This document shows, one piece after another, positions 1-9,706 of a stretch of DNA of 64,000 nucleotides. Position 1 is the stretch's first letter. Every line of letters starts with the position of its first letter. Position numbers and translations under genes: made by a program. The DNA lies in assembly GCA_965645245.1 (NCBI GenBank), contig OZ287077.1, forward strand, positions 806,001 to 870,000. Direction: 5' to 3'. The notes below the pieces were generated by a model, which ran no database searches, was not told the DNA's origin, and saw nothing but the letters and a program-made list of their open reading frames with translations. The stretch is from Massalongia carnosa (Eukaryota).

Positions 1-59
1 TCTGAAAAACACCCTTTAAGGTAGGAATGACTGCGTGCTTGCTATCAGCGGACACTGCA

Positions 60-1752
60 CTAGGCTTCGACCAAGCTGGGACGTGCAGGGTAACATTTCC
101 ACTCCACAAATAAAGAGCCGCTGAAAAATCCCAGGATTGCGAAACCAAGGAAAGAAAACGAAGAAAACCGGAAAGCTGTCATGTAAATTTCCAGCGCTTG
201 CTGTTTCAAGGCTGGCGCGAGATTTGGAAGTTCATCGATATTGTTTTTGATTGAAGATATCACATCGACGGCGTTCTGTTCGTTGCCGAAATGGCGCCAC
301 AATTGCGTTGTCAAGACGCTGTCGAAGATGGCTGAGGCCACAGCAATACCGATTGTAGATCCAACGGAACGGAATGCGTAGTTTGTGGAAGTCACGACCG
401 CTTGCATTTCAGGTGATACGGCACCGAGAAGAGCTACCAACAGCGTTGTGACCATGCCTCCGAAGCCAAGGCCAGCAAGCAAAAGACAAAGAAGCGGGAG
501 CCAGCTTACACTATGCAGATCCAGGGTGCAGATGGCACCGGCGGAGATGGCAAAAATGAGAGGAAGGCTGATAGAAATATGCCAATAGTGGCCCGATCGA
601 TAGATTATGAAACCTGCTACCAAGGAGCCTATAGTATTTCCAACACTTTGAGGGAGCAGACGTGCACCGGCATCGGTGGTCGACAGCCCCTGCAGTCGAA
701 AATATATCGGCCTGTAGAAAAGAATGGCAAAGTTAGCCATAGAGTTGAAAGAATTTGCCAGGCAAGGCCCAGCGACGCTCCAATTCAACATTAGTCTCAC
801 CGGAATCACCGGCTCCTCAGCAACATAGATCTCGATGTATAAGAAGCCTCCAAAAAGCACCAGGGACAGAGAAATGCAGATTGTGACGGAAGGATGTGTC
901 TATGGCACGGTCGAACTTCCGTAGTTTAGACCGAAGAGAAACAGCACTAGAACCATAGCCAACAAGAAAGACCCAAGAAAATCGATGCGACGCATAGGCG
1001 GTTTACTCGATAGCTGTGTCATAGGCAGCCTGACCTATAGAAAGGATGCAATGCTAAACCACAAGGCGAGCGGTGTGATCACCAGGAACGGGCTTCGCCA
1101 ACCCAACGTATCGTTGAACAGCCCTCTCACAAGCCCCCCTAACCCATGGCCCAGACCGAAGAGAAGATTCCCGAACCCTTGCCAAATACCTCGTTCTCGC
1201 AAGGAAAACAAATCATTGCACACGAAGCTCCCAATAGAGTTCATTCCTCCTCCGCCAATTCCGGCCAAGATTCGGCCAAATATTAGCACCCACGGTTCTT
1301 CTGCCAGACCACAGCAGAGGTTACCCACGGCAAAGAATATGCCCGCTACTACCAATCCGGCGCGACGACCGTAAAGCTCGGTCATTTGTCCACTGAGAGG
1401 CTGCACCGCTGCATTGGCTATGAAATACGTCGAACCAAGCCATGAAAGCAACGATAGCGACTTGAACGATGACAAGATCGGCGCGGCAAGAGTTGAGACT
1501 AACGTGCTGTCTGTTGGCTAATACTATTAGTCTTCTCTCGTCATCCTTGATAAAGCGTTCATGAACACGTTGAGTTTTGGGTACGTTACCTAAGGCGGCC
1601 AGAAATGTTCCTCCCCACACGCAGGCCAGTATGAGTATTAGATGTTCCTGGCGTGACTCTTTTCCGGGTTTCTTGTCTTGAGGTAGTGTCGTCTCGTCCT
1701 TAGGCGAAACTGCCGAAGGAGGTCGCAGAAGAGGGGATTCTTCAGTGAACAT
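60..1752 (-). pseudogene. MFS drug:H+ antiporter (DHA2/Vba-like), probably pseudogenised
   Basis: Motifs LAAL/DSTLVSTL, WLGSTY, QPLSGQMTELYGRR, GRILAGIGGGG, RERGIWQG, FRSVGSTIG. One intron near 1512-1590. The frame is interrupted by in-frame TAG codons at 1035-1037 and 900-902 (VP*THP where W is expected). Confidence 0.8.
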
Positions 1753-2616
1753 GGTTCGTTAAAAGGATGGCAGGCTTTAGTTTTGGTGAAGAAATATCCA
1801 ATTTATTGACCATGATTTAAAATGAAACCTCAGCCATCTATTCCACACCAACCCAAAAACAAAAGGAGCCGGTTTGTATTGACCTGGTTCTCAACGATCG
1901 ATGGTCGAGGAAAAACATTTCTCATATATATGCATAGTTGTCTGCCACAGAATCACATGCAGCGAAGAGGTAAGACATGTTTAGGAGAAGAAGGCAAACT
2001 TTGATCTACCGCGTACTCTCCACATCTAGGCAGTATATCAATATCGAAATGTAGTTGAAAACCTTGTATTCACAGCACATAGAAGATCGTTGGCTACGGG
2101 GATAATTGGAGATGAAAGGTCCTGAGCAAGGCCATGCAGGAGCGATTTACCAGACCGTTTTAATCTGCATCGGAATCTTTATGTCTAGTCAGCTAGTGTC
2201 AAGTACGGAGTTATAGGTTATAAAGCAAAGGGGAAGTATTATAGGTGCCTCTATACTCGATACAGAGGTAGGTTACAAGAAGAAGGATGAGAATAACAAG
2301 ACACGAAAACGATGATTGAACATTTAAAATACCCTGTTCTCCTTAGCTCGGGTCTGCGAAATGATGGATTGGACACTCACTACAGGTTCTCTTCACCGAA
2401 CAACAGCATATTCTGTACGGAGAGGAACGCTGAAGGTCTTGAGTGACGCTAATATCATGCATCTGCATGAATTTTATGTCGTGTAGTAACTGTTCAGCCT
2501 GCAACAGCCTGAACAGAATTCGTATTGTACTAATTTGTATGCGTACGCACTTGCGTATCATTAGCGTCAATTAAGCCTTTCGGTGTTCACCTTCGTACGA
2601 AGGACCTTGAAGTAGA

Positions 2617-2917
2617 TTCTATGACCCTTATCGATGCCGTTACCTTCGCTTGCGCTAGGGGGGCTTTTAATTGGATGAATTGATTTAAATGCTTGAATTT
2701 AATTGGGCATGGGAACGACACAGGTCAGCCCGGGCAGGCCTAGGCACGTGACTCGGGGTCGGTGCTGAGGTGAGAACCTCATCTTCTAGGCCCGAGGCGT
2801 CTGCTGACGCTCAACGATCCGATAGATGATGCCCGACGGCAGTGCCCGACGGCGATGATCTAGATGGAGGTGCCCGGCGGCGCTCCGGATCGATGCCCTG
2901 GTTGACCTGTACGCCCA
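2617..2917. repeat. Repeat Y, 301 bp (inverted partner 7099-7399)
   Basis: Manual alignment: 297/301 identical to the reverse complement of 7099-7399. Confidence 0.95.
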
Positions 2918-4022
2918 ATGGAATGCCCAATTGAGTAGGGTAGGAGTTTGTAGGATTCGTCTCGGCGACGACAGCACGTGGGACTGCTAGAGGGATGCCT
3001 TTTTGAAAACTGAGGTTCAAATTGAATAGTGAGGCCTGGGACGTCTGAAAGTATAGCTGAAACGCGTTTGATGACCATCTTCCGAGTCTCTGAATACTCT
3101 CATCCAGCATCCCGTGGTCGGCGGCGTGTTGTGCTGCTCCTTTTCTGAAGCTGTGTCCCGAGTATGCCGAGTCGTTGATGCCGACGGCTATCAGTCTCTT
3201 TTTCAGGGATGCTATGACGGAGGCTCTGGTGAATGCGGTGCCGAGACGAAAAAGCGGGGATGTAGATGGCTGAGGATCATTTCTGAAAAGACGCCGTAGT
3301 GCTGTCACGGGGCAAGTGCTCTCATTGGTCGCTGCCAGCACTATCTGAACTCCTGAGTGATTTGTGTCTGTTTTGCTTCTTTTGAGACGTAATGTCGCGT
3401 ATTGATCGTTCTCGGCGAATGAGATGTCACCTCGTGTAGGTTTCAATCTCTGAAAAGATGTCTTCTTACGATCAGCGACAGTGTAGGTGATTTCCCCGAG
3501 TCTGAGGAACCCTGCCCATGCAACTTTGAATGTCGCGTCGATGTTGAGGTCTTCGGCCGAATGAGCGGGAATACTGGTGATTTTTGTCAGTAATTCTTTT
3601 GAAATGGGTAGGCGTCTTCTTTTTGTCTGAGAAAAGATCCTTTTTCCCCCTTTCAGCATCAATTGAAGTCTCGGCCCCTCGAATGGGGTGAGGCCGTATC
3701 CTCGGTCTACATGGTATGATCTGAGGCCGGCGAGGTAGCTCGCTGCCGTCTCTGGTTTTATCTTTCCCTGCTTGGGTGTGCCGCCCCCGTATAGTCGACC
3801 GGCTAGCCATTCCTCGAGGGACTCGGTTGTTGCAGGCCACGACGTGCGTCCCGTCGTCGCGCAGAATGCCTCGTATGAGTCGATCGCCGTCCCGTACCCT
3901 TTTCTCGTGTCCGCCGAGTGTCCGTGCCAGACGAGACGTTTTACCAGGGCTGACCCTGGTGTGGAGGATAGGTAGGTGGAGGGAGGTTCATCGAATTGTA
4001 TGGGTTCTGCCAATGAGGGCAA
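2811..4022 (-). CDS. Tyrosine recombinase of the YR retrotransposon
   Basis: 403 aa with catalytic motifs FLRLGE, LKRSKTD, HSFRKGAA, LGRWSSNAFQLY. Overlaps the RT ORF by 82 nt and ends inside the terminal repeat. Confidence 0.93.
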   Translation of the reverse strand: MPSLAEPIQFDEPPSTYLSSTPGSALVKRLVWHGHSADTRKGYGTAIDSYEAFCATTGRTSWPATTESLEEWLAGRLYGGGTPKQGKIKPETAASYLAGLRSYHVDRGYGLTPFEGPRLQLMLKGGKRIFSQTKRRRLPISKELLTKITSIPAHSAEDLNIDATFKVAWAGFLRLGEITYTVADRKKTSFQRLKPTRGDISFAENDQYATLRLKRSKTDTNHSGVQIVLAATNESTCPVTALRRLFRNDPQPSTSPLFRLGTAFTRASVIASLKKRLIAVGINDSAYSGHSFRKGAAQHAADHGMLDESIQRLGRWSSNAFQLYFQTSQASLFNLNLSFQKGIPLAVPRAVVAETNPTNSYPTQLGIPLGVQVNQGIDPERRRAPPSRSSPSGTAVGHHLSDR

Positions 4023-5644
4023 AAGTTAGCCAATCTTTCATCATCAAAACGTGACAGGGCATCTGCTAGTCCATTGGAAGTGCCACTGATCCATTGACAA
4101 CGTAGTACGATGTCCCACTTTGCAGCTATGGACAGTATTTCTCGTAGAGGCGCGTTGGCCGGTCCCTTGAGGGTTAGATTCGTGAATCCTGTGTATGCTG
4201 TGTTGCTGTCGGTAAAGACAAGGATCTGTCGATGTCGCCATGTCGGCGCCCATTTCTGAAGGATTAGAAGGATAGCTTCGACTTCTCGGACGTTTATGCT
4301 CGGTGATCCTTCCTGATTGAGGACTAGGACTCGGGCCCTACATGCGTTTTTTTGATTCACGAGCTCGTTGTCTTGTTGAAAATAGCCTCCGAGACCCGTG
4401 AGGCATGCATCCGTATGCACCTTGATCGTGTCTCGTGTTGACGTCTCGAAGAAGACAATACCGTTGAAGTCCACTAGAAGTTTGTTCCACCAGATGAGAT
4501 CCTGTCTGACCCATGTGGGAATTCTTCTTTTGACCCGACGATGACTGCCCGAGGGAAATGAGGCTATAAAATTCCAGAATAATCGTAAGAAGACTCGGCC
4601 CAATTTGACTGCCTGTGCGCAGAAGCTTAGGAAGCCCGCTATTGACTGCATGTCGCCGAGGCTGATTGTCGTCTCGTTTAGTGCCTTTGTAGTGATGATT
4701 CTCGCTTTTTCCAGCTTGTCCGCTGGCAGACGAATAAGACTGTTGATGGTGTCGACCTCGAGTCCGAAGACTGTCGCTGTCGTTCCCTCGGCGTCTTTTG
4801 AGTCGTTTCTCGGGATGCCAAGAATGTCGGTGAGAATGTTGTAGGCTTTTGTTTCTTGGTGCAATCGTTCTGACGATGTCTCGGATGGGAAAATTGCAAC
4901 GAAGTCGTCTAGATAGTGATGTAATCTCCATTGTAGAAAGGATTCCAAAATCCAATGAAAGCCTTCCGCAAAAAGATTGAAGATGAACGGGGCCGTCGAC
5001 AGTCCGAACGAAAGGCATGTCTCGGTGTAGAATTCGTCATTCCATCCGAAACCCAGAAGCCATTGATGATGAGGTGCGACGGGAACGTTTCGAAAGGCGT
5101 CTTTGACGTCTCTTTTCACTATGACAGCACCTTTGCCCGCTGACAGAATCAATTGAATAATGTCGTCGAGTCTGGCGTATTGTAATTTGGATGCCTCTTC
5201 TGGAATGTTGTCGTTGACTGATGTTTGATTGGGATGAGACAGATGATGAATGCGTCGCCATCCTCCGTCATGTTTCGGGACCAAGCCGAGGGGGGAGGCC
5301 ACAAATGGCTGACTCGGGGCGGCTATTCGTCTGACTCGGCCCTTCCTGAGGTCCTCTTGGAGCTTATTCTCGATCGTTTCCGGGTCCTCATTCGCTGATG
5401 TCAGATTTTTTTCGATCCGAAGGATGTCTGTGGGGCCTTCGTATCCGATTTGTACTCCGAAACGAAGGATCATGGGCAGATGGACTCGGAGGGGGCCCGG
5501 ATACTCTTGAAGTAGAGTTGCCCATGCGGACGGTACGAGGGGAGATGGGCTGTCTTTCAAACGCTGACGAGATGCGTCTACGAGTTGAAACGAAGGGATT
5601 GTATTTGGTCTGATTGGTGCAGGTAAGCAGGGATGGGACGTCAT
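3941..5644 (-). CDS. Reverse transcriptase / RNase H
   Basis: 567 aa with SPLGLVPK, RRIHHLS, KRDVKDAFR, FGLSTAPFIF, YLDD, then RNase H motifs HTDAC, FTDS, NGLADALSR. No methyltransferase domain seen. Confidence 0.95.
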   Translation of the reverse strand: MTSHPCLPAPIRPNTIPSFQLVDASRQRLKDSPSPLVPSAWATLLQEYPGPLRVHLPMILRFGVQIGYEGPTDILRIEKNLTSANEDPETIENKLQEDLRKGRVRRIAAPSQPFVASPLGLVPKHDGGWRRIHHLSHPNQTSVNDNIPEEASKLQYARLDDIIQLILSAGKGAVIVKRDVKDAFRNVPVAPHHQWLLGFGWNDEFYTETCLSFGLSTAPFIFNLFAEGFHWILESFLQWRLHHYLDDFVAIFPSETSSERLHQETKAYNILTDILGIPRNDSKDAEGTTATVFGLEVDTINSLIRLPADKLEKARIITTKALNETTISLGDMQSIAGFLSFCAQAVKLGRVFLRLFWNFIASFPSGSHRRVKRRIPTWVRQDLIWWNKLLVDFNGIVFFETSTRDTIKVHTDACLTGLGGYFQQDNELVNQKNACRARVLVLNQEGSPSINVREVEAILLILQKWAPTWRHRQILVFTDSNTAYTGFTNLTLKGPANAPLREILSIAAKWDIVLRCQWISGTSNGLADALSRFDDERLANFCPHWQNPYNSMNLPPPTYPPHQGQPW

Positions 5645-5689
5645 GAATTCAGCTATTGAAGCTATTCTACTGCCTCCTGCACCAACCCC

Positions 5690-6703
5690 CTATTTCTTCG
5701 TTGGGCATGTCTTCTGGCCATGCCCAGCCGCGCCGCACGATTTACATTTGTGCTGTCGGTAGCACGACGGCCAGGTGCAGGTGCCGCTGTTGTACTTGTC
5801 GCAGATTTCCCCCGCTGCCTTCTCGGCCCTATCGGCCCTGTCTCCTCTCGGGGTCGGTCGCCGGGACGGCGGGGATCGTGAGCGGCGACGGCGTAGGACT
5901 GTGAGGGGGGTGCAGAATCGAGCTTGGAATTCGTCGGGCATTTTCCATTGGGATGCGTCGGATGGCTGAGACGCGATGATGTGAGTGTGGGTTTCGATGG
6001 CGAGGGGGAGGACTGCTTCCTGCCACTCGTACACCTTGGCCAGCGTGAGGATTTTTCCGTGGAATGCCGACATGGTGGCGTGAAGCTGTTGACTCGATTT
6101 CCCGAAAAGACTGACCATGATCGAGGTGTAGTTGATGAAGCTCTCGGTCCAGACGTCATGAACTGTCTTTCCGAAATCTTTGTAGGTCCCGGATGCCTTT
6201 CTCAACCTCAAGGCGCCGTCTTCGATGCCGATGCGGTCCTGATCCTTGTAGGACTCGTATTGCATGCCGTGCATGTGTCGGAGGCGGGAGAGGTTGATGG
6301 CTTTGAATTTATTTGAAAAGATCTTGATGATCTCGTCCTGTGGTAGGCCCGCGAAACGGGGTGCTATACTTCTTACTTCGAGAGGGATCTCACCTAGGTG
6401 CTCGTCGTCATCGCCGACGACACGACTCGGCTTGCCAGCAGGAATGACGGCCGCTATTCGGGCGTCAGATTCTCGGCGCATGCAGTCGATTTCTAGCTGC
6501 ATTTTTTCCACCTCCTTCTCGGCGACCAATGCCTTGGACTCGGCAATTCTGGCCTCAGCCTCGGCCGCCTTCGCTTCTGCCTCGGCTTTCTTCTTTTGTA
6601 GGGCGAAGATTTGATTGGACTGGGCCTGCGTCAATCCGACAATCTCCTGGGAGTCGGGGACTATGTCGTCCATCGGGGTGCTTTGGGAACGGGTGTTCGT
6701 CAT
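5690..6703 (-). CDS. Gag-like protein with coiled coil and C-terminal Cys/His fingers
   Basis: ATG at 6703, E/A/K-rich coiled coil, RRRRSRSP, terminal CDKYNSGTCTWPSCYRQH and CKSCGAAGHGQKTC. First ORF of the element. Confidence 0.85.
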   Translation of the reverse strand: MTNTRSQSTPMDDIVPDSQEIVGLTQAQSNQIFALQKKKAEAEAKAAEAEARIAESKALVAEKEVEKMQLEIDCMRRESDARIAAVIPAGKPSRVVGDDDEHLGEIPLEVRSIAPRFAGLPQDEIIKIFSNKFKAINLSRLRHMHGMQYESYKDQDRIGIEDGALRLRKASGTYKDFGKTVHDVWTESFINYTSIMVSLFGKSSQQLHATMSAFHGKILTLAKVYEWQEAVLPLAIETHTHIIASQPSDASQWKMPDEFQARFCTPLTVLRRRRSRSPPSRRPTPRGDRADRAEKAAGEICDKYNSGTCTWPSCYRQHKCKSCGAAGHGQKTCPTKK

Positions 6704-6773
6704 TGGGAAAAAGCACCGACAGCGAGGTAGGGGCACCGAGGACAACGTGAGGTCGACGACGAGTCAGTGAGAT

Positions 6774-7044
6774 GGGAAAAGCAGCAAGCACTGACAGCGA
6801 GGTAGGGGCACCGAGACAACGTGGGGTCGACGACGAGTCAGTGAGATGGATGAGGCCGAGTGAGAAGATGAGATGGTTCTATGTCACGTGAGGCCCCTGA
6901 GTCAAAGTAAATTAAGAATCACCCTCTGAAAATTCTTTCCTCATCCACTTCTTCTCACTCGGCCTCATCCATCTCACTGACTCGTCGTCGACCCCACGTT
7001 GTCTCGGTGCCCCTACCTCGCTGTCAGTGCTTGCTGCTTTTCCC
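6774..7044. repeat. Hairpin Z-X-Z': ~95-bp inverted arms (6774-6868 / 6950-7044) around segment X
   Basis: gggaaaagcagcaag...gagtgagaag versus cttctcactc...cttgctgcttttccc. Confidence 0.93.
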
Positions 7045-7098
7045 CACCCTCGGCCACCCGAGATTCATAGCTAGTTAGAAGCCACCTTAAGTGAGCGA

Positions 7099-7399
7099 TG
7101 GGCGTACAGGTCAACCAGGGCATCGATCCGGAGCGCCGCCGGGCACCTCCATCTAGATCATCGCCGTCGGGCACTGCCGTCGGGCATCATCTATCGGATC
7201 GTTGAGCGTCAGCAGACGCCTCGGGCCTAGAAGATGAGGTTCTCACCTCAGCACCGACCCCGAGTCACGTGCCTAGGCCTGCCCGGGCTGACCTGTGTCG
7301 TTCCCATGCCCAATCAAATTCAAGCATTCAAATCAATTCATCCAATTAAAAGCCCCCCCAGCGCAAGCGAAGGTAACGGCACCGATAAGGGTCATAGAA
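7099..7399. repeat. Repeat Y' (inverted copy of 2617-2917)
   Basis: Direct reverse-complement match. Confidence 0.95.
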
Positions 7400-7483
7400 G
7401 TGGATGAGGAAAGAATTTTCAGAGGGTGATTCTTAATTTACTTTGACTCAGGGGCCTCACGTGACATAGAACCATCTCATCTT
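7396..7483. repeat. Repeat X' (inverted copy of 6865-6952), forming the element terminus
   Basis: 88-bp reverse-complement match. Confidence 0.93.
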
Positions 7484-7723
7484 ACGCAGTCAATCACGTG
7501 CTCGCTCTCAATGTGTCATAGAGGTCAAACTTACATAGTTATGTAGTTACTGTATCCTGTACGGGTAACATACCGAGTAAAGCTGGTGAAATGAGCGTTA
7601 CTAATTCGCCGAGTGGCTCCGTAGAATACTCCTCAAATTACTCCAACATTGCTTTGTTTGTCCAACCGCTCACTCTCCACCAATCGAACTCCTTCCGACC
7701 CTCCCCTCCACTATGTGCTATAC

Positions 7724-7778
7724 CCCTCTCTTGGTCCCCTCTTCTGGTCCCCTCTTCTGGTCCCCTCTTCTGGTCCCC
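7724..7778. repeat. 13-bp tandem repeat (CCCCTCTTCTGGT), about 4 copies
   Basis: Read directly. Confidence 0.8.
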
Positions 7779-8123
7779 ATCGGTTCCCGGACATGCATGA
7801 AACTTTCTCTCATGCTCCTCGACGGCAGATTAGGGACATATGGTGCTGAAGTAGAGCATGACGTCATGAAGGATCCGCAAGTGAATGTCAGGGTTCTTTT
7901 GGCTATGGTGACTAAATCATGGCCCTGAAGTTGCCCGTAATAGATCACACGCTAAGCTTCTGGATGCATTGGGTCTTAATTCGTTCCATCATTGGGTTCT
8001 ACTAAGTAAAGTGCGGTGGTCCACGTCCTGGAGATTCTCCCGTGGGATATGCATTGGTTCCTCAGCTCTTTCGTTTCCTAATTAATTCTAGAATTTTATT
8101 ATCTTTTGAATTGAGGTTCAACG

Positions 8124-8330
8124 TGTTGAATATCCAATTCCTACCAGCACAATGAACACCTATCAGTACAATGAACATAGCACCTACGGCTGCCCTAGAT
8201 GGACAGATCATCTACGGAAACCGTAGATGCCGCATTAGGCTTAGTTCCAAGATAAGATAAGATCACCTCGCTTAGAAGGGTGACCAGTCGTAGGAAAAGA
8301 TTGCTACCTAGCAACTCTTCATCCTTAATA
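8124..8330 (+). mobile_element. Solo-LTR-like repeat, copy 1
   Basis: TGTTG...TAATA (TAACA in copy 2). Near-identical to the reverse complement of 14081-14289. Contains GATAAGATAAG and the hairpin CATCTACGG-AAA-CCGTAGATG. Confidence 0.7.
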
Positions 8331-8579
8331 TCATCAAATGCGATTCGATTTTCGATATTTTTGCATCATCTGAATGCGCTGACCGAGGTCTATAATTCAG
8401 TGAATTATCCATTTCAGGTAGTCAGTAGGTAATGATGCAGGTGCAGGTGCAGGTGATGAGCTGTTTGGTTTTCGAAGATATTTTCTTATCTTATCTTTTT
8501 GTGTCGGGCTATGCCGTCGGGGATGTGATCGGATCGGGAGCCCGGGCCGGGTTCAAACCCAACCCGACGATCACTCTAG

Positions 8580-9242
8580 TTGTTATCGCTTGTCTGACGA
8601 ATCGTATGCTTTCAATTCTTTTTATGCTCAATGTCAAAGTAATTGCGTCTGCGATAACGTGTTAAATTAACAGATGACATTAGATCTAATTAAACTCTTG
8701 TTACGATAACAATTATCATCATCTTTGACTGTCAATGTCGAAAATGATATAATTGTTTTTAAAACAAGATTTAGAGATTTGCCTTCTTTAAAGCAAAGAA
8801 CATGTCACGCGTTTATTGCTTGTAGTTGATCGAGTCGATTAGTTTTTTTAAACTATAATCGTGTTTCGAGTCCGATGTCATCGCTGCGACACAAAAAACG
8901 ATTGATCGATCGAATCTGATCGATCGAGGTAGCAGCTGACTGACTGATCAATTGTCACCGTGATCGCAGGAAAAGCTGATTGACTGAGCAACAGTCCTGA
9001 TTAGAATAGTCGTGATCTAATTAATCCTGCTGTTGTCATGCATTACGCACATTCGGGTTCTCATAACCTATTGAAGGGAGAATTGATTATCTTGATGCAT
9101 GATACGAATATTTAGAAGGGATAGTTCATGTCTGTAGAGATTTTACCTGAACTCCTAAAATGCAAGCTAGCCTAATTGGGTAATCGCAGTCACCAACTGC
9201 CTGACCACATTCTAGTTAGGCTAACACAGGCTAACATCAACA
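8580..9242 (-). mobile_element. Degraded Ty1/Copia 5' end (LTR about 9069-9242, PBS, gag remnant)
   Basis: Minus strand: TGTTG...TCAATA followed directly by GGTTATGAG (Copia-type PBS), then an AT-rich remnant reading LIDSINYKQ*TRDMFFAL, similar to the Copia gag N-terminal L-x-G-x-x-NY-x-x-W motif. Confidence 0.6.
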
Positions 9243-9706
9243 GCATGTTCGTCAAGGCTAGTGTTTTCCTGCTGTCCCCCGTGCTTGGGATATTTAGCTT
9301 TCTGCACCTCGCTGGCGCTCGGTTTTGCATTCAGCTACGCCATACAAATGCTTTCTCAGCACCAGAAGTCTCCCTTGTGGGACATTCCTCGAACGGGGTT
9401 GGTGGATGGATCGAATCAAAGACTCTTTTGACAACGGCCCGTCAAGAAATTCTAGAGAAAACGAGGAGAAAGCGAGCGAAACTACTATGTAAGGGCCAGA
9501 GTGCTGTTTTCTGCTTATTTTTCATCCTACTCATCCGCTTCGAAATCCCTATTGCGGTCACAAGGGATCTTCCGGCTCACTGGCATCTACAAGTAATTGT
9601 CGATGCTTTGGAGTGGCGCTGGTTAATCTTACTCCTGCCCTAGTCGCATTACAAGTACATGAGATTTATTCTCTCCTACCTCCTCTACGGTCAGCTTTCC
9701 TACGGC

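Larger units (their letters stand above)
2617..7483 (-). mobile_element. Tyrosine-recombinase (YR) retrotransposon, Ngaro/DIRS group, full length
   Basis: gag, RT/RNase H and YR ORFs in tandem on the minus strand. Bounded by inverted repeats 2617-2917/7099-7399 and 6865-6952/7396-7483. TT at both ends and no longer TSD. Confidence 0.93.

Noticed and set aside
2811..4022. Starship captain or Crypton tyrosine recombinase
   Set aside because: The YR overlaps an RT/RNase H ORF behind a gag ORF within one 4.9-kb unit, so it is a YR retrotransposon.
6711..6849. CRISPR-like repeat array
   Set aside because: Only two ~65-bp units, eukaryotic context, no cas genes.
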